The translations under genes were made by a program, and so were the position numbers. A stretch of DNA of 64,000 bases, taken from NCBI GenBank assembly GCA_963731515.1, contig CAVSVU010000016.1:309715-373714 (forward strand), written 5' to 3'. Origin of the DNA: an uncultured Actinomycetes bacterium (GTDB lineage: Bacteria; Actinomycetota; Thermoleophilia; Gaiellales; JAICJC01). The notes below the pieces were generated by a model. The model was not told where the DNA came from. It did not search any database and saw only the letters and a list, made by a program, of their open reading frames with translations. Below are positions 1 to 9,458 of the stretch, one piece after another (within the stretch, counting starts at the first letter, position 1; each line of letters begins with the position of its first letter).

Positions 1-167
1 CACACGACGTGCAGGTGGCCGGCCGTGGCGACCGAGATTGCGTCCGGCCCGACGACGACGCTTTGATGCTCGGGCCCGCCGCCCGCCTGCGGCCAATCAG
101 CGGCCTGCGCCGGTACGGCCTGCACCGTGAGGATAACCGCCGTGAGAAGGGCCGCACGCCACGTCAT
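1..167 (-). CDS. secreted protein, N-terminal fragment (runs off left edge)
   Basis: Not in the ORF track (under 60 aa inside the window). A minus-strand ATG near 165-167 opens MTWRAALLTAVILTVQAVPAQA-ADWPQAGGGPEHQ. The N-terminus looks like a signal peptide and the codons are GC3-rich. Confidence 0.3.
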   Translation of the reverse strand, partial: MTWRAALLTAVILTVQAVPAQAADWPQAGGGPEHQSVVVGPDAISVATAGHLHVV

Positions 168-339
168 GTAACCGATGATACCTGAAGTTGTCATGTTACA
201 CACCGCCCAGTTCCCGTCTCAGGGTGAGGGGCGGGCCTGCTCTGAGATGACAGGCGGACCGCGCGCTCCCGGCCCCCGCCGGCTTCGTGATTAGTGATAC
301 AACGGCGCAGGCGATGAGGTCGCCTACTACGGGTTCGGT

Positions 340-640
340 TTCGCCCGCCCACTACGACTAGGCCGAGCGAGTCGGCGAACCTGGCTGCCTGCGCCTCGGC
401 CTGGTCGTACGCCTTCAACACCGGGTGAACGCCGGCCATCCCGTTCGCGAACGTGTCGCGCATAGGCCGCTCGAGCCGCTTCTACGCCTGCGGCGCACAC
501 TCAGCCACGTCGACCGCCAGCGCGTACCGCCGAACCGCCGAGCGTACCGCTCATAGTCCGAGCCGAGCTCGACGATCGCCCCCCGCTCCGCAGCATCCGC
601 AGGCGCCGACAGCGTTACGCCGCGCGTTACGCGGGTCTTC
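340..640 (-). pseudogene. phage terminase small subunit (P27-family-like) remnant
   Basis: Minus-strand pieces lie in two frames with an internal TAG (~482-484): ..RYALAVDVAECAPQA*KRLERPMRDTFANGMAGVHPVLKAYDQAEAQAARFADSLGL. From memory, the pattern resembles the C-terminal half of P27-type small terminases. There is no intact ORF. Confidence 0.4.
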
Positions 641-1056
641 TCGAACTGTTTTCGCTCACGCGACCGCCGCTGCCGCTCCGCATTCGTCCGATCAACCCGC
701 TCAGCCACGCCGAACCAACCGCACCGAGCCCAGTGTCGGCGCGCCTCCCGGACGCGACCCAACCCGTATAAAGCAACACCTGTAGCATTCCGAATCGGCG
801 GCACGGAGGGGGACCAACCCGTCGCCGCCGACAGCCGAGCGGGTCGCCCGGGAGCCCACATCTGCAGGGCGGCCCGATCCCCGCTGACCAGGAGCGCCGC
901 GCTCAGGATGCCCACCCCGAGCCGCGGCGCTCCGCACCAGCGGATCGTCAGCCAAACGAGTTTCCGTCAAAAGTGACCTGGCAAAGGGTTTGGGGGGATG
1001 GCTTTTCGCGGCAGAAGCGTGCTGGACAACCCCGTTAGCGAGCGCCATGTCTGCCG

Positions 1057-1779
1057 TCAGAGGGATGTGCCGACTATTCGGCCGATGAGCATCGTTAGCG
1101 CCATCGCAAGGATGCCCCAAACGAGGACGCGCAACATCCCTCGGCCGGGCGGCGCGCCGCCCAGCCGCGCCCCCAGGTAGCCGGTCACTGCAAGCGCCAC
1201 GGTCGTCGCAGCAATCGTCACCGCGATCCTTTGGGACGACGGTGCCAGGAACACCGCCAGCAGCGGCAGGGCCGCTCCGCAGGTGAATGACGCTGCCGAC
1301 GTTCCTGCGGCTTGGAACGGTCGAGGGTGCGATAACTCGGTCATGCCAAGCTCGTCTCGTGCGTGCACGTCGAGCAGATCGTCTCGCTCGCTGAGCTCGG
1401 CGGCCACTTGGTCGGCGAGCGGAGAGGAGATCCCTCGCGCCCGATAGATCGCAGCCAACTCTGCCTGCTCAGCCTCTGGGCCGGTCTCCAGTTCCTGTCG
1501 CTCTAGCTCCAGGTCTGCTCGCTCGGCGTCGGCCTGGGTACTGACCGAGACATACTCGCCGGCTGCCATCGACGCGGCGCCCGCCACCCAGCCCGCCACA
1601 CCCGCCGTCAGAATCGCCGCACGGGTCGACTGCGGCGCCGCTGCCACGCCGACGATTATCGCCGCCACCGAGACGATCCCGTCGTTGGCGCCCAGCACCG
1701 CCGCCCGCAACCAACCGCTGCGACCGCTGAGATGCCGCTCGCGGTGTCGGCCACGCATCACCCGATCGTAGCTCCACAC
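1057..1779 (-). CDS. VIT1/CCC1 family iron/manganese transporter
   Basis: ORF 1057..1779. It has the GANDGIVSV motif, a central acidic helical region (ERADLELERQELE) and C-terminal TM helices, as in VIT1/CCC1 proteins. Confidence 0.85.
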   Translation of the reverse strand: MWSYDRVMRGRHRERHLSGRSGWLRAAVLGANDGIVSVAAIIVGVAAAPQSTRAAILTAGVAGWVAGAASMAAGEYVSVSTQADAERADLELERQELETGPEAEQAELAAIYRARGISSPLADQVAAELSERDDLLDVHARDELGMTELSHPRPFQAAGTSAASFTCGAALPLLAVFLAPSSQRIAVTIAATTVALAVTGYLGARLGGAPPGRGMLRVLVWGILAMALTMLIGRIVGTSL

Positions 1780-2148
1780 GCATTCTGGCAGATGTACGGC
1801 CCGAGCGGCATGCGCGCAGAAGTGCCGGTCAGGATTCCCCCTAGGAGCTCTGACCCGAGGCCGTCCAGGGCGTCACCGGTGATGCGGCGTTTCGCCCTCT
1901 CTATCTACTCTCCCACTCCTCGTTGACGGGAAGGCTGTGGGGACCGCCTAGCGAGGTGCGAGTTGTAACGCCGGGCATTTGCTCGCGGATTGGCCTGTCT
2001 GCGTCTGCGTGCTCGCGGCGATGTGCTGCTCGGCTCGTCGTTGGTAGAGCGCGGCTCCGGTTTGCTCGGCGAATGACGAGGACAGCTCGAGCGTGGTGCG
2101 CGACGTCGGCGACCTGGCCCTGAGGCTTGGCGGGCGGCGTTCGGTCTT

Positions 2149-2760
2149 TTAGCTCTGTGCGCGTCGGATGCGCCAGAGGGAGACGCCCGCGAGCATGAGC
2201 GCGGCGGCCATGAAGATGCTGAACTCCGACCATTGGAGCGGCCAGTAGCGGGATGGCGGCTGGTAGGTCGTGGCAAGGTGGAACGTGCCGCCGAAACGCT
2301 GGGTGCAGTGGTTGAACGTAGCCTGGTTTCCAGGCCCAACCTGCGAAGCGCCGGTGCCCGACGGCGGGGGCGGATGCGCAATCGTGGGACATCGACTTTC
2401 GAGGAACGTGTGCAAACGCTGGGCCGTCGCCGGATGACCCGACGCGTCGACGATGCGTGACGACAGCACCATCGCGTTCGGGAGGGTCGGGTTGTTGACC
2501 ACGAACGTGACCCCCTGCGGTGGTGTGATCTCGAACCCCAGGCGAGCAGCGACGTCTGACGCTCGATGTGGCTCTCCTCGATGACCTGGAGCGCCTGGGG
2601 GAGGGTTGCCGCGTCGCGACGTGGGCCGGTCAGCCGGTGGTGGGTCGCGACAAGCTCCTCCACGTCGCCCGCGAGCTGCACGCGGGGAATCGCACAGCAC
2701 GACCAGGTAATCAGTAGGCCGCCTGGAGCCCCGTTCTGGCGCTTCCATGACCGAACCGGG
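2149..2760 (-). pseudogene. ABC transporter remnant (ATPase C-terminus joined to a permease tail)
   Basis: Two frames are involved. One reads TDYLVVL..RVQLAGDVEELVATHHRLTGP..IERQTSLL, which looks like an ABC ATPase C-terminal end. The other is a permease-like tail ending in the TM helix WSEFSIFMAAALMLAGVSLW. The Walker/signature region is absent, and the remnant abuts the tRNA. Confidence 0.5.
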
Positions 2761-2784
2761 GACCAGTAGAGAGAACTACCGGGA

Positions 2785-2858
2785 TAGCGGAGGAGGGACT
2801 CGAACCCCCGACACGCGGATTATGATTCCGCTGCTCTAACCGACTGAGCTACTCCGCC
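2785..2858 (-). tRNA. tRNA-Met (anticodon CAU); tRNA-Ile2 cannot be excluded
   Basis: The reverse complement folds as a cloverleaf: GGCGGAG-TA-GCTC-AGTCGGTTA-GAGC-A-GCGGA-ATCATAA-TCCGC-GTGTC-GGGGG-TTCGAGT-CCCTC-CTCCGCT-A. The anticodon loop carries CAT. The anticodon stem lacks the three G-C pairs of initiator tRNAs. CCA is not encoded. Confidence 0.9.
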
Positions 2859-2893
2859 GCGGCCCGCATGTTAGACGAGGCCGTCGGGCTCCG

Positions 2894-3937
2894 TCAGCCG
2901 GCCAGCCACCGCTCCAGCACGTCCACGCAGCCGACGATCCCGCCCAGGTGCGCGATCTCGAAACCGTGGGTGTTCTCGGTCGCGAAGGCGAGGCAGGCGG
3001 TGCGCGCGATCATCCCGTTGGAGAGCGCCGCGGTCGCGTCGGAGGCGAAGCCGGACAGGGCGGCATGGCGCAGGGTGACGCCGGCCGCCGCGGCGGCGTC
3101 CTCGAGCTCGGCGTTCAGCGTGTCCTCGAGCGGCCCGAGGCCATCCGCGGCCACGAGCACCGGGTCGGGCCCGGGGTCGATGCGGTACTCCTTCGCGACC
3201 GGCGTCACCTCGAACGCGACGGCGGCCTCGGCGTCGGTGCGGCTCGCGTACCACTTGGCGCCGTGGCAGCCGATCTCCTCGCGGGCGGTGAAGACGAGCT
3301 CGACCGGGCCCGGCGGCGACTTCACCCGCGCGGCCAGTTCGATCAGCCCGGCGACCGAGCCCTTGTCGTCGATCGCATGGGAGGCCACGTACTCGCCGTC
3401 GGGGCCGAGCCGGATCGGCCGCTTGCGGGCGGCGCTCGGCACGACCCGCGACCCGGGCCGGACGCCCGCCTCGGCGAGCGCGTCCGGCGCGAGCTTCGTC
3501 TCGACCCACGCGTCGCGCCAGCGCACGCCCGCCTCGGTCTGCTGGCGCTTGTGGTCGGACTCGTCCGACACGTGCCGGGCGCCGAACGAGAGCACCCCCG
3601 GGATGGTGGCGTGGCGCCCGAGCACGTCGACCGGCCCCTCGCCCCAGATCCACGGGAAGGAGCCGCCGAGCTTGCTCACGGCGAGATCCCCGCGATCGCC
3701 GATCCGCTTCACCAGGGCGCCGATCTCGTCCTTGTGCGCGAGCACCGAGCGCAGGGGGCCCGGCTCGCGTCCCTCGATGTGCAGCACGATGTTCCCGGCG
3801 CCGTCCCGGGTCGCACCGCCGTGCTCGGCCAGGCGGCCCAGGAGGTAGTCGTCGACGGCGGTCTCGACCCCGCTCGGCGAGTGCAGGCAAACCAGGTCGG
3901 ACAGGGTGCGGAACACCGCCTCGTGCGTCGCGTCCAT
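2894..3937 (-). CDS. M42 family metallopeptidase (glutamyl aminopeptidase/endoglucanase-like)
   Basis: ORF 2894..3937. Full-length similarity pattern to M42 peptidases (LHSPSGVE, AHKDEIG, HAIDDKGSVA, FTAREEIGCHGA, ENTHGFE). Confidence 0.9.
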   Translation of the reverse strand: MDATHEAVFRTLSDLVCLHSPSGVETAVDDYLLGRLAEHGGATRDGAGNIVLHIEGREPGPLRSVLAHKDEIGALVKRIGDRGDLAVSKLGGSFPWIWGEGPVDVLGRHATIPGVLSFGARHVSDESDHKRQQTEAGVRWRDAWVETKLAPDALAEAGVRPGSRVVPSAARKRPIRLGPDGEYVASHAIDDKGSVAGLIELAARVKSPPGPVELVFTAREEIGCHGAKWYASRTDAEAAVAFEVTPVAKEYRIDPGPDPVLVAADGLGPLEDTLNAELEDAAAAAGVTLRHAALSGFASDATAALSNGMIARTACLAFATENTHGFEIAHLGGIVGCVDVLERWLAG

Positions 3938-4004
3938 CGCGGCGGCAGCCTACACCGGGCTCGAGGGTTCACATTCCCGGACCCGTGCCGATACCTGGAA
4001 GAGG

Positions 4005-5297
4005 ATGCCGTCTCGTCCGCAGGTCCTCCGCGCCCTCCTCGCCGCCCTCGTTCTCACCGCCCTCGCCGTGGCCGGCGCCGGCTGCCTCGGCGGCGGCCCC
4101 GCGGCGCTGCGACCGCCGCACTGCACGCCGCCGGCGCCCGGTGCCGAGGTTGTCGCAGAAGCGGATGCGGGGCCGGTCGCGGTCGACTACCTGAAGGCGC
4201 TCGCCGATCACCGCTACGACCAGGCGCAGACGTTCGCCCACGCCTGCACAACCGCCCAGCAGCACTCGCTCGACCAGCTGTGGCTGTGGCTCGACTCGAT
4301 GCCCACGCAGGCGATCCAGGTCGCCGACCCCGAGATCAGGTCGGACGGCGACGGCGTGACGGTGGAGGCGACGCTCTTCGCCCGCTTCGGCCCGAAGCCC
4401 TACAGCGCCTGGGTGCCGCTCGGGCCGAAGACGCTCCGGCTGACGCGGGCGCGCGGCTCGTGGCGCGTGCGCGCCGACGTGTCGGTCGTGCACCGCTCCG
4501 ACCTGGCCGCGTACGGCGTGTCCTGGCTGCACCACCCCTACTTCGTCAACGGGCAGCGGGTGACCGTCGTCTACGCGAAGCCGGCCGACGTCACCGCCGC
4601 GCAGCAGATCCTCGACACCGCCGAGTCGGTCATCCCCGGGCTTGTCGACCGCTACGGCGGCGGCCGGGCCGGGCTGCGTCCCGTGATCTTCCTCGTCGAC
4701 CAGCGCGAACAGGCCGAGCGGCTGGCGCACGTCGACCTGGGCAGGGTGCGGACGCCGGCGGGGTTCCAGTACAGCTCGTTCGCCTACATCGACCTCCCGG
4801 AGTGGCGCACGCTCCCGGAGATCGCGCAGGACTCGATGGTCGCGCACGAGCTCACCCACGTCGTCACCCGGCCCATGCTCGACGGTGCGCCCCACAGCCT
4901 GCTCGAGGGGATCGCGATGTACGAGGAGTCGGCCTACCTGGGCGAGCACGGCTCGGGGATGTCGCTGGCCGACGTCGGCGCCTACTACTACCACCACGAC
5001 TTCCCCAGCATGCGGATCTGGGAGCAGCGCCAGACCGACTGGGGCCTCCCGAACGTGAACGAGATCCAGGTCGGGTACGAGGACGCCCTCGCGATGACCC
5101 ATGTGGTCATGGACGAGTACGGCGGCGTGCCCGCCCTGGCGCGCCTGGGAGCGGCCTTCCAGCGGTACGGCGGGCCGGTGACGTTCACGGCCGCCCAGGT
5201 CGATCATGCCTTCCGGGCCGCGCTCGGCGTGCCCTTCTCGCGGGTCGTCGCCGAGGCGCACGCGTACACGTACCGGACGCTCGGCGTCACCGGCTGA
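4005..5297 (+). CDS. putative lipoprotein zinc metallopeptidase (HEXXH)
   Basis: Internal ATG at 4005 preceded by GGAAGAGG. The N-terminus has a signal peptide plus lipobox-like LAVAGAGCLGG. A HELTH zinc-binding motif is present (MVAHELTHVV). Confidence 0.7.
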   Translation: MPSRPQVLRALLAALVLTALAVAGAGCLGGGPAALRPPHCTPPAPGAEVVAEADAGPVAVDYLKALADHRYDQAQTFAHACTTAQQHSLDQLWLWLDSMPTQAIQVADPEIRSDGDGVTVEATLFARFGPKPYSAWVPLGPKTLRLTRARGSWRVRADVSVVHRSDLAAYGVSWLHHPYFVNGQRVTVVYAKPADVTAAQQILDTAESVIPGLVDRYGGGRAGLRPVIFLVDQREQAERLAHVDLGRVRTPAGFQYSSFAYIDLPEWRTLPEIAQDSMVAHELTHVVTRPMLDGAPHSLLEGIAMYEESAYLGEHGSGMSLADVGAYYYHHDFPSMRIWEQRQTDWGLPNVNEIQVGYEDALAMTHVVMDEYGGVPALARLGAAFQRYGGPVTFTAAQVDHAFRAALGVPFSRVVAEAHAYTYRTLGVTG

Positions 5298-5372
5298 CCG
5301 GCGCGTGATCGAGGCGCCGTCGAGGCGCCTTGGAGGACCGCAATCTGACCGGCCTACCCTGGGCCGGGACCG

Positions 5373-7007
5373 ATGCCGAGCCGCGACCGCCTCGCGCTTC
5401 CGCTCGCCTGCGGCGCCACCGCCGGGCTGCTGGCGGCCGTCCTCCTGACCGTCGGCCCGCCCGGCATCGACACGCCCGCGCATCTCTTCATGACCTGGGC
5501 GTTCCGGCACGCCGGCTTCAGGCTCTGGAACAGCTACTGGTACGACGGCCGCTACGACTTCGTCGGCTACAGCCTCGTCTTCTACCCGGTCGCCTCGGTG
5601 GCCGGCGTGGTCGCGACGGCGGTCGCCTCGGCCGCCGTGCTGGCCGCAGCCGTCGCCGCGGTCGGGCGGCGCGAGTGGGGCCGGGCGGCAAACGCGCCCT
5701 GCCTGGCGCTGGCGGCCACGGCGACGGCCACGTGCTGCGTCTCGGGGATGTTCCCGTTCCTGGCCGGTGCCGCGGCCGCAGCGGTCGCGCTCGCGTGCGC
5801 CCAGCGCCGGCAGCGGATCGGGTTCGGCGTGGCGATGGCCGTGTCGCTCGGCTGCTCGCCGCTCGCGTTCGGCCTTGCCGCCGTCGTCCTCGCAGGCTTT
5901 GTCCTGGGGAGCCGCAACCCCCTCGGCGTCGCCCGTCGCAACAAGCTCGCGGTGGCCGCGCTCGCCCTCACCGGCGCCGCATGCATCGCCGTCCAGCGCG
6001 CGTTCCCGGCCGGCGGCTGGTACCCGTACCACGCGAGCGACCTGCTCGTGATCGCGGCCTTCTCCGGCGCCGGGCTCTACCTGACCGCGAGGAGCCCCCG
6101 CGCTCGGGGCCTGCGGATGGTGTTCGTCGCCTACCTCGTCCTCAACCTGGTCACGTTCGCCGTGCACGGCCCCGTCGGGTCGAACTCGACCCGGCTCTTC
6201 TCGATCGCCGGCGTCCCGCTCCTGTGGCTGGCGGGCAACGTCGGCCGGCGGCGATCGTGGACGGTGCTCGCGCCCGTGCTCGCCCTCGCCCTCGCGCTCC
6301 AGCTGGGGCCGGCGGTGCGAAACGCCTACTCCGCCTGGTCGGACCCGGCCACGGCCGCCCCGTTCTGGCGCCCGGCCCTCGGGTTTCTCGACGCCCGCCG
6401 CAGCCCCGAGTTCCGCACGGAGGTCGTCGCCACGGCCGGACACTGGGAGGCCTTCTACCTGGCGCGGCGCGGGATCGCCCTCGCCCGCGGCTGGTACCGG
6501 CAGGACGACTTCCCCCAGAACGCCGTGCTCTACCGGCAGCGGATCAGCGGGACGGCGTACCGGGCGTGGCTGCGCAGCGTCGGCGTCCGCTACGTGCTGC
6601 TGCCGCACGCGCCGCTCGACTACAGCGCCGTCGCCGAGGCCCGCCTGCTGCGCTCGGGCCGCTCGGGGCTGCGTCTCGTGACGAGGCTGCCGCACTGGAC
6701 GGTGTTCGCCCTGCCGCACCCGACGCCGATCCTCACGGCCGACGCGGACGTGCCGGGGGCGCGGGTGATGCGGCTCGGCGACTCCCGCATCCGGCTGTGG
6801 CTGCCGGCGGCCGGCGGATACGACCTGCGCATGAGCTACAGCCCGTACTGGTCGACCGACCAGACGGGCGTGTGCATCGGGCCGACCGCGGCGGGCATGA
6901 CGCATATCGAGTCGCCCCGGCCGGGGGAGCTCACCGTCGAGTTCGAGCCGACCCTCGCGGCCGTCGCCGCCGCAGCGGCGAGCGACACGCCGGCCTGCAC
7001 ATCCTGA
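5373..7007 (+). CDS. polytopic membrane protein, possible GT-C-like glycosyltransferase
   Basis: ORF 5373..7007. About 10 predicted TM helices are followed by a soluble C-terminal domain. The N-terminal AHLF..W..YWYDGRYDFVGYS motif resembles membrane glycosyltransferase-like families. The functional call is tentative. Confidence 0.65.
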   Translation: MPSRDRLALPLACGATAGLLAAVLLTVGPPGIDTPAHLFMTWAFRHAGFRLWNSYWYDGRYDFVGYSLVFYPVASVAGVVATAVASAAVLAAAVAAVGRREWGRAANAPCLALAATATATCCVSGMFPFLAGAAAAAVALACAQRRQRIGFGVAMAVSLGCSPLAFGLAAVVLAGFVLGSRNPLGVARRNKLAVAALALTGAACIAVQRAFPAGGWYPYHASDLLVIAAFSGAGLYLTARSPRARGLRMVFVAYLVLNLVTFAVHGPVGSNSTRLFSIAGVPLLWLAGNVGRRRSWTVLAPVLALALALQLGPAVRNAYSAWSDPATAAPFWRPALGFLDARRSPEFRTEVVATAGHWEAFYLARRGIALARGWYRQDDFPQNAVLYRQRISGTAYRAWLRSVGVRYVLLPHAPLDYSAVAEARLLRSGRSGLRLVTRLPHWTVFALPHPTPILTADADVPGARVMRLGDSRIRLWLPAAGGYDLRMSYSPYWSTDQTGVCIGPTAAGMTHIESPRPGELTVEFEPTLAAVAAAAASDTPACTS

Positions 7008-7011
7008 CCCG

Positions 7012-8250
7012 TCATTCCTCCGCCGCCTGGAAGCGGCGCACCCCCGGCACGGAGAGGACGAAGACGGTGGACACGAGCAGCCACGCGGCCGAGACGAGAA
7101 GCGCGTCGCGAGCGCCCACGGCGGCCGCCGCCGCCCCTGCCAGCACCATCCCCACCGGAGCGGGAGCGTTGAAGGCGGCCTGGTCGAACGCGGTGACCCT
7201 CCCCATCAGGTGCTCCGGCACCGCCTGCTGCAGCGCCGTGTTCCAGAGGACAAGGTAGAGCGACGTCGAGGCGCCGGCCGGGAGGGCGGCGAGCGCGATC
7301 CACCAGGACTGGCCCGAGACGGCGAGCAGGACGAGCAGCGGTGCGAAGGCGACGTTCACCGACAGGGCCGCGATCAACGGGCGGCGCGAGCGCACCTGCA
7401 GCGCGGCCAGGCCGCCCACCACCGTGCCGAGGCCGTAGGCCGCCGAGATGAGCGCCCACGCCCCGGCGCCGCTCAGGCGGTGCTTGGCCACGTACGGGCC
7501 CAACACCTGGTACGGGCCCCAGATCACCAGCGTCCACAGGGCGGTGTCGACGATCATCGCGAGCAGCCACGGCCGACGCCATACCTCGCCGCCGCCGGCC
7601 GCGAGATCGGCGACGAAGCCGCGCCGGGCGGCTCTCGCCCCCCGCGCGGGCTCCCGGCCGGCGCGCATGCGGACCAGGACGGCGGCGGCGAGCAGGAACG
7701 ACGCCGAGTCGGCGGCAACCGCCCAGCCGGCGCCGGCAGTCGCGACGATCACCCCCGCCAGCAGCGGCCCCGCCACGCGCAGCACGTTCGACTCCAGCAG
7801 GCGAAGCGCGTTCGCCCGGCGGCGCAACGACACCGGCACCGTCTGCGGCAGGAGACCCGCCCACGCCGGAGTGTGGAAGGCGTCCGCGCCGCCTGCGACC
7901 GCGGCCAGCGCCGCCATTTCCCAGATGCGAGCGACCCCGCCGATCAGGAGCGCCGCCAGCACGCCCTGGCCGACCGCGCTCACCACGTCGGAGACGATCA
8001 TCAGGCGCACGCGCGGCATGCGGTCGGCCCACACCCCGCCAACGGCCAGGAGCACCGTGAACGGGACGAGTTCCGCCCCCAGCACGATGCCGAGGTCGGA
8101 AGCCGACCCGGTCAGGTCGAGGACCGCGAACGCCAGGGCGAGCGGCGTCATCCACGAGCCGAGCAGCGATACGGCCTGGGCGCAAAAGAGCAGCCGGAAC
8201 TCGCGCTCGCGTAGGGGCGCGAGCGCACCACGGGAGACGGGTATCGCCAT
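7012..8250 (-). CDS. MFS transporter
   Basis: C-terminal 412 aa of track ORF 7012..9207, starting at MAIPVSRGALAPLREREFRLLF. It has 12-TM MFS architecture. The upstream 319 aa of the ORF is non-coding read-through antisense to the agmatinase gene. Confidence 0.85.
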   Translation of the reverse strand: MAIPVSRGALAPLREREFRLLFCAQAVSLLGSWMTPLALAFAVLDLTGSASDLGIVLGAELVPFTVLLAVGGVWADRMPRVRLMIVSDVVSAVGQGVLAALLIGGVARIWEMAALAAVAGGADAFHTPAWAGLLPQTVPVSLRRRANALRLLESNVLRVAGPLLAGVIVATAGAGWAVAADSASFLLAAAVLVRMRAGREPARGARAARRGFVADLAAGGGEVWRRPWLLAMIVDTALWTLVIWGPYQVLGPYVAKHRLSGAGAWALISAAYGLGTVVGGLAALQVRSRRPLIAALSVNVAFAPLLVLLAVSGQSWWIALAALPAGASTSLYLVLWNTALQQAVPEHLMGRVTAFDQAAFNAPAPVGMVLAGAAAAAVGARDALLVSAAWLLVSTVFVLSVPGVRRFQAAEE

Positions 8251-8313
8251 CGTGGCGGTGAGCGTACGCCACGTCGGCGGCGGCGCCCGGGCGGCGATCG
8301 GTAGGATCGCGGC

Positions 8314-9277
8314 GTGATCGACCCGACCACGCGCTGGCCCGGCGGCGACAAGCCCGACCACGCCGGCCTGCTCACCTTCGGCGGCATGCCCTACACCGAG
8401 GACGCCGCCGAGCTCTCGGGCGTCGACGTCGCCATCATCGGCGCGCCGATGGACGAGCTGGTTTCGGAGTCGCCGGGGGCGCGGCACGGGCCGCGGGCGA
8501 TCCGCGCCGCCGGCGGGCTGCCCGGGCCCCACCTGGAGACGGGCGTCGACGCGATGGCCGAGCTCGTGGTGGTCGACTTCGGCGACGCGCCCGTGATCCC
8601 CGCCGACCCGACCGCGTCGCATGCCGCGATCCTGCGCACCGTCGCCGAGGCGGTGAACGCGGGGACGATCCCGATCGTGCTCGGCGGCGACCACTCGATC
8701 GCCGAGCCGGACGTGCGCGCCTGCGCCGAGCGGCACGGCCGCCTCGGCCTGCTCCACTTCGACACCCACACCGACACGGCCCGGCGCGTGTACGGCATGG
8801 AGCTCTCGCACGGCACGCCGATGTACCACCTCGTCCGCGACGGGCACGTCGACCCGCGCCGCTACGCCCAGGTCGGACTGCGCGGGTACTGGCCCGGCCC
8901 CGAGGAGTTCTCGTGGCAGGCGGAGCAGGGCATCACCGCGATCCCGATGCACGAGGTGCGCGCCCAGGGGATCGCGGCGGCGCTCGAGCGCGCGCTCGCC
9001 GTCGTCGGCGACGGCCCGGCGTTCCTGTCGGTCGACGTCGACGTGCTCGACCCCGCCTTCGCGCCCGGCACCGGCACCCCCGAGCCGGGCGGGATGACGC
9101 CCGCCGACCTCCTCTGGGCGTGCCGCACGAGGCGCCGAGCGGCTGCACCTCGTCGGCGCGGACGTGGTCGAGGTGCTGCCGAGCCGGATCGGCTCGACCG
9201 ACGTCACGGCGCTCGTCGGCGACCGGATCGTGCGCGAGATCCTGACCGGGATCGCGCTGCGGCGCCGAAACGCCTGA
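8314..9277 (+). pseudogene. agmatinase/ureohydrolase family protein, frame interrupted (+1) near 9118-9122
   Basis: Ureohydrolase motifs GGDHSI, HFDTHTD and SVDVDVLDP are present. After ..PADLLWA the conserved C-terminus (AARGAERLHLVGADVVEVLPSRIGSTDVTALVGDRIVREILTGIALRRRNA*) continues in the next frame. Confidence 0.85.
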
Positions 9278-9289
9278 CGGCGCCCCCGC

Positions 9290-9430
9290 CTAGCTCATGT
9301 GGCGGCGCGCGCCGAGCAGCACGCCGACGACGATCCAGGCGATTCCCATCGCCCAGACGCCCACGGCGACGCTCAGCGAGTTGCCCGCGGCTGCCGCGCC
9401 GACGACGAACAGGGCTGCGGCGCCCAGCAT
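9290..9430 (-). CDS. small two-TM membrane protein (hypothetical)
   Basis: Inner ATG of ORF 9290..9487, preceded by GGAGGGGAG: MLGAAALFVVGAAAAGNSLSVAVGVWAMGIAWIVVGVLLGARRHMS. It lies immediately downstream of the MFS gene on the same strand. Confidence 0.3.
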   Translation of the reverse strand: MLGAAALFVVGAAAAGNSLSVAVGVWAMGIAWIVVGVLLGARRHMS

Positions 9431-9458
9431 CCATCTCCCCTCCATCGCGGCGACGGTA

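Noticed and set aside
795-830. CGGCACGGAGGGGGACCAACCC weakly resembles the tRNA-Met 3' part (GCGGAGGAGGGACTCGAACCC), so it could be an att-site copy.
   Set aside because: The match is patchy and includes gaps. The terminase remnant lies outside the interval it would delimit. There is not enough support to call an att repeat.
1780-2148. A minus-strand fragment reading ..TLELSSSFAEQTGAALYQRRAEQHIAAST.. between VIT1 and the ABC remnant.
   Set aside because: It is short, has no start or recognisable family, and is embedded in decayed DNA. It may be another gene remnant, but I cannot support that.
7012-9207. A 731-aa ORF suggesting a large fusion protein.
   Set aside because: Only the C-terminal 412 aa are MFS-like. 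The N-terminal part is low-complexity sequence antisense to the agmatinase gene. I trimmed it to the ATG at 8250.
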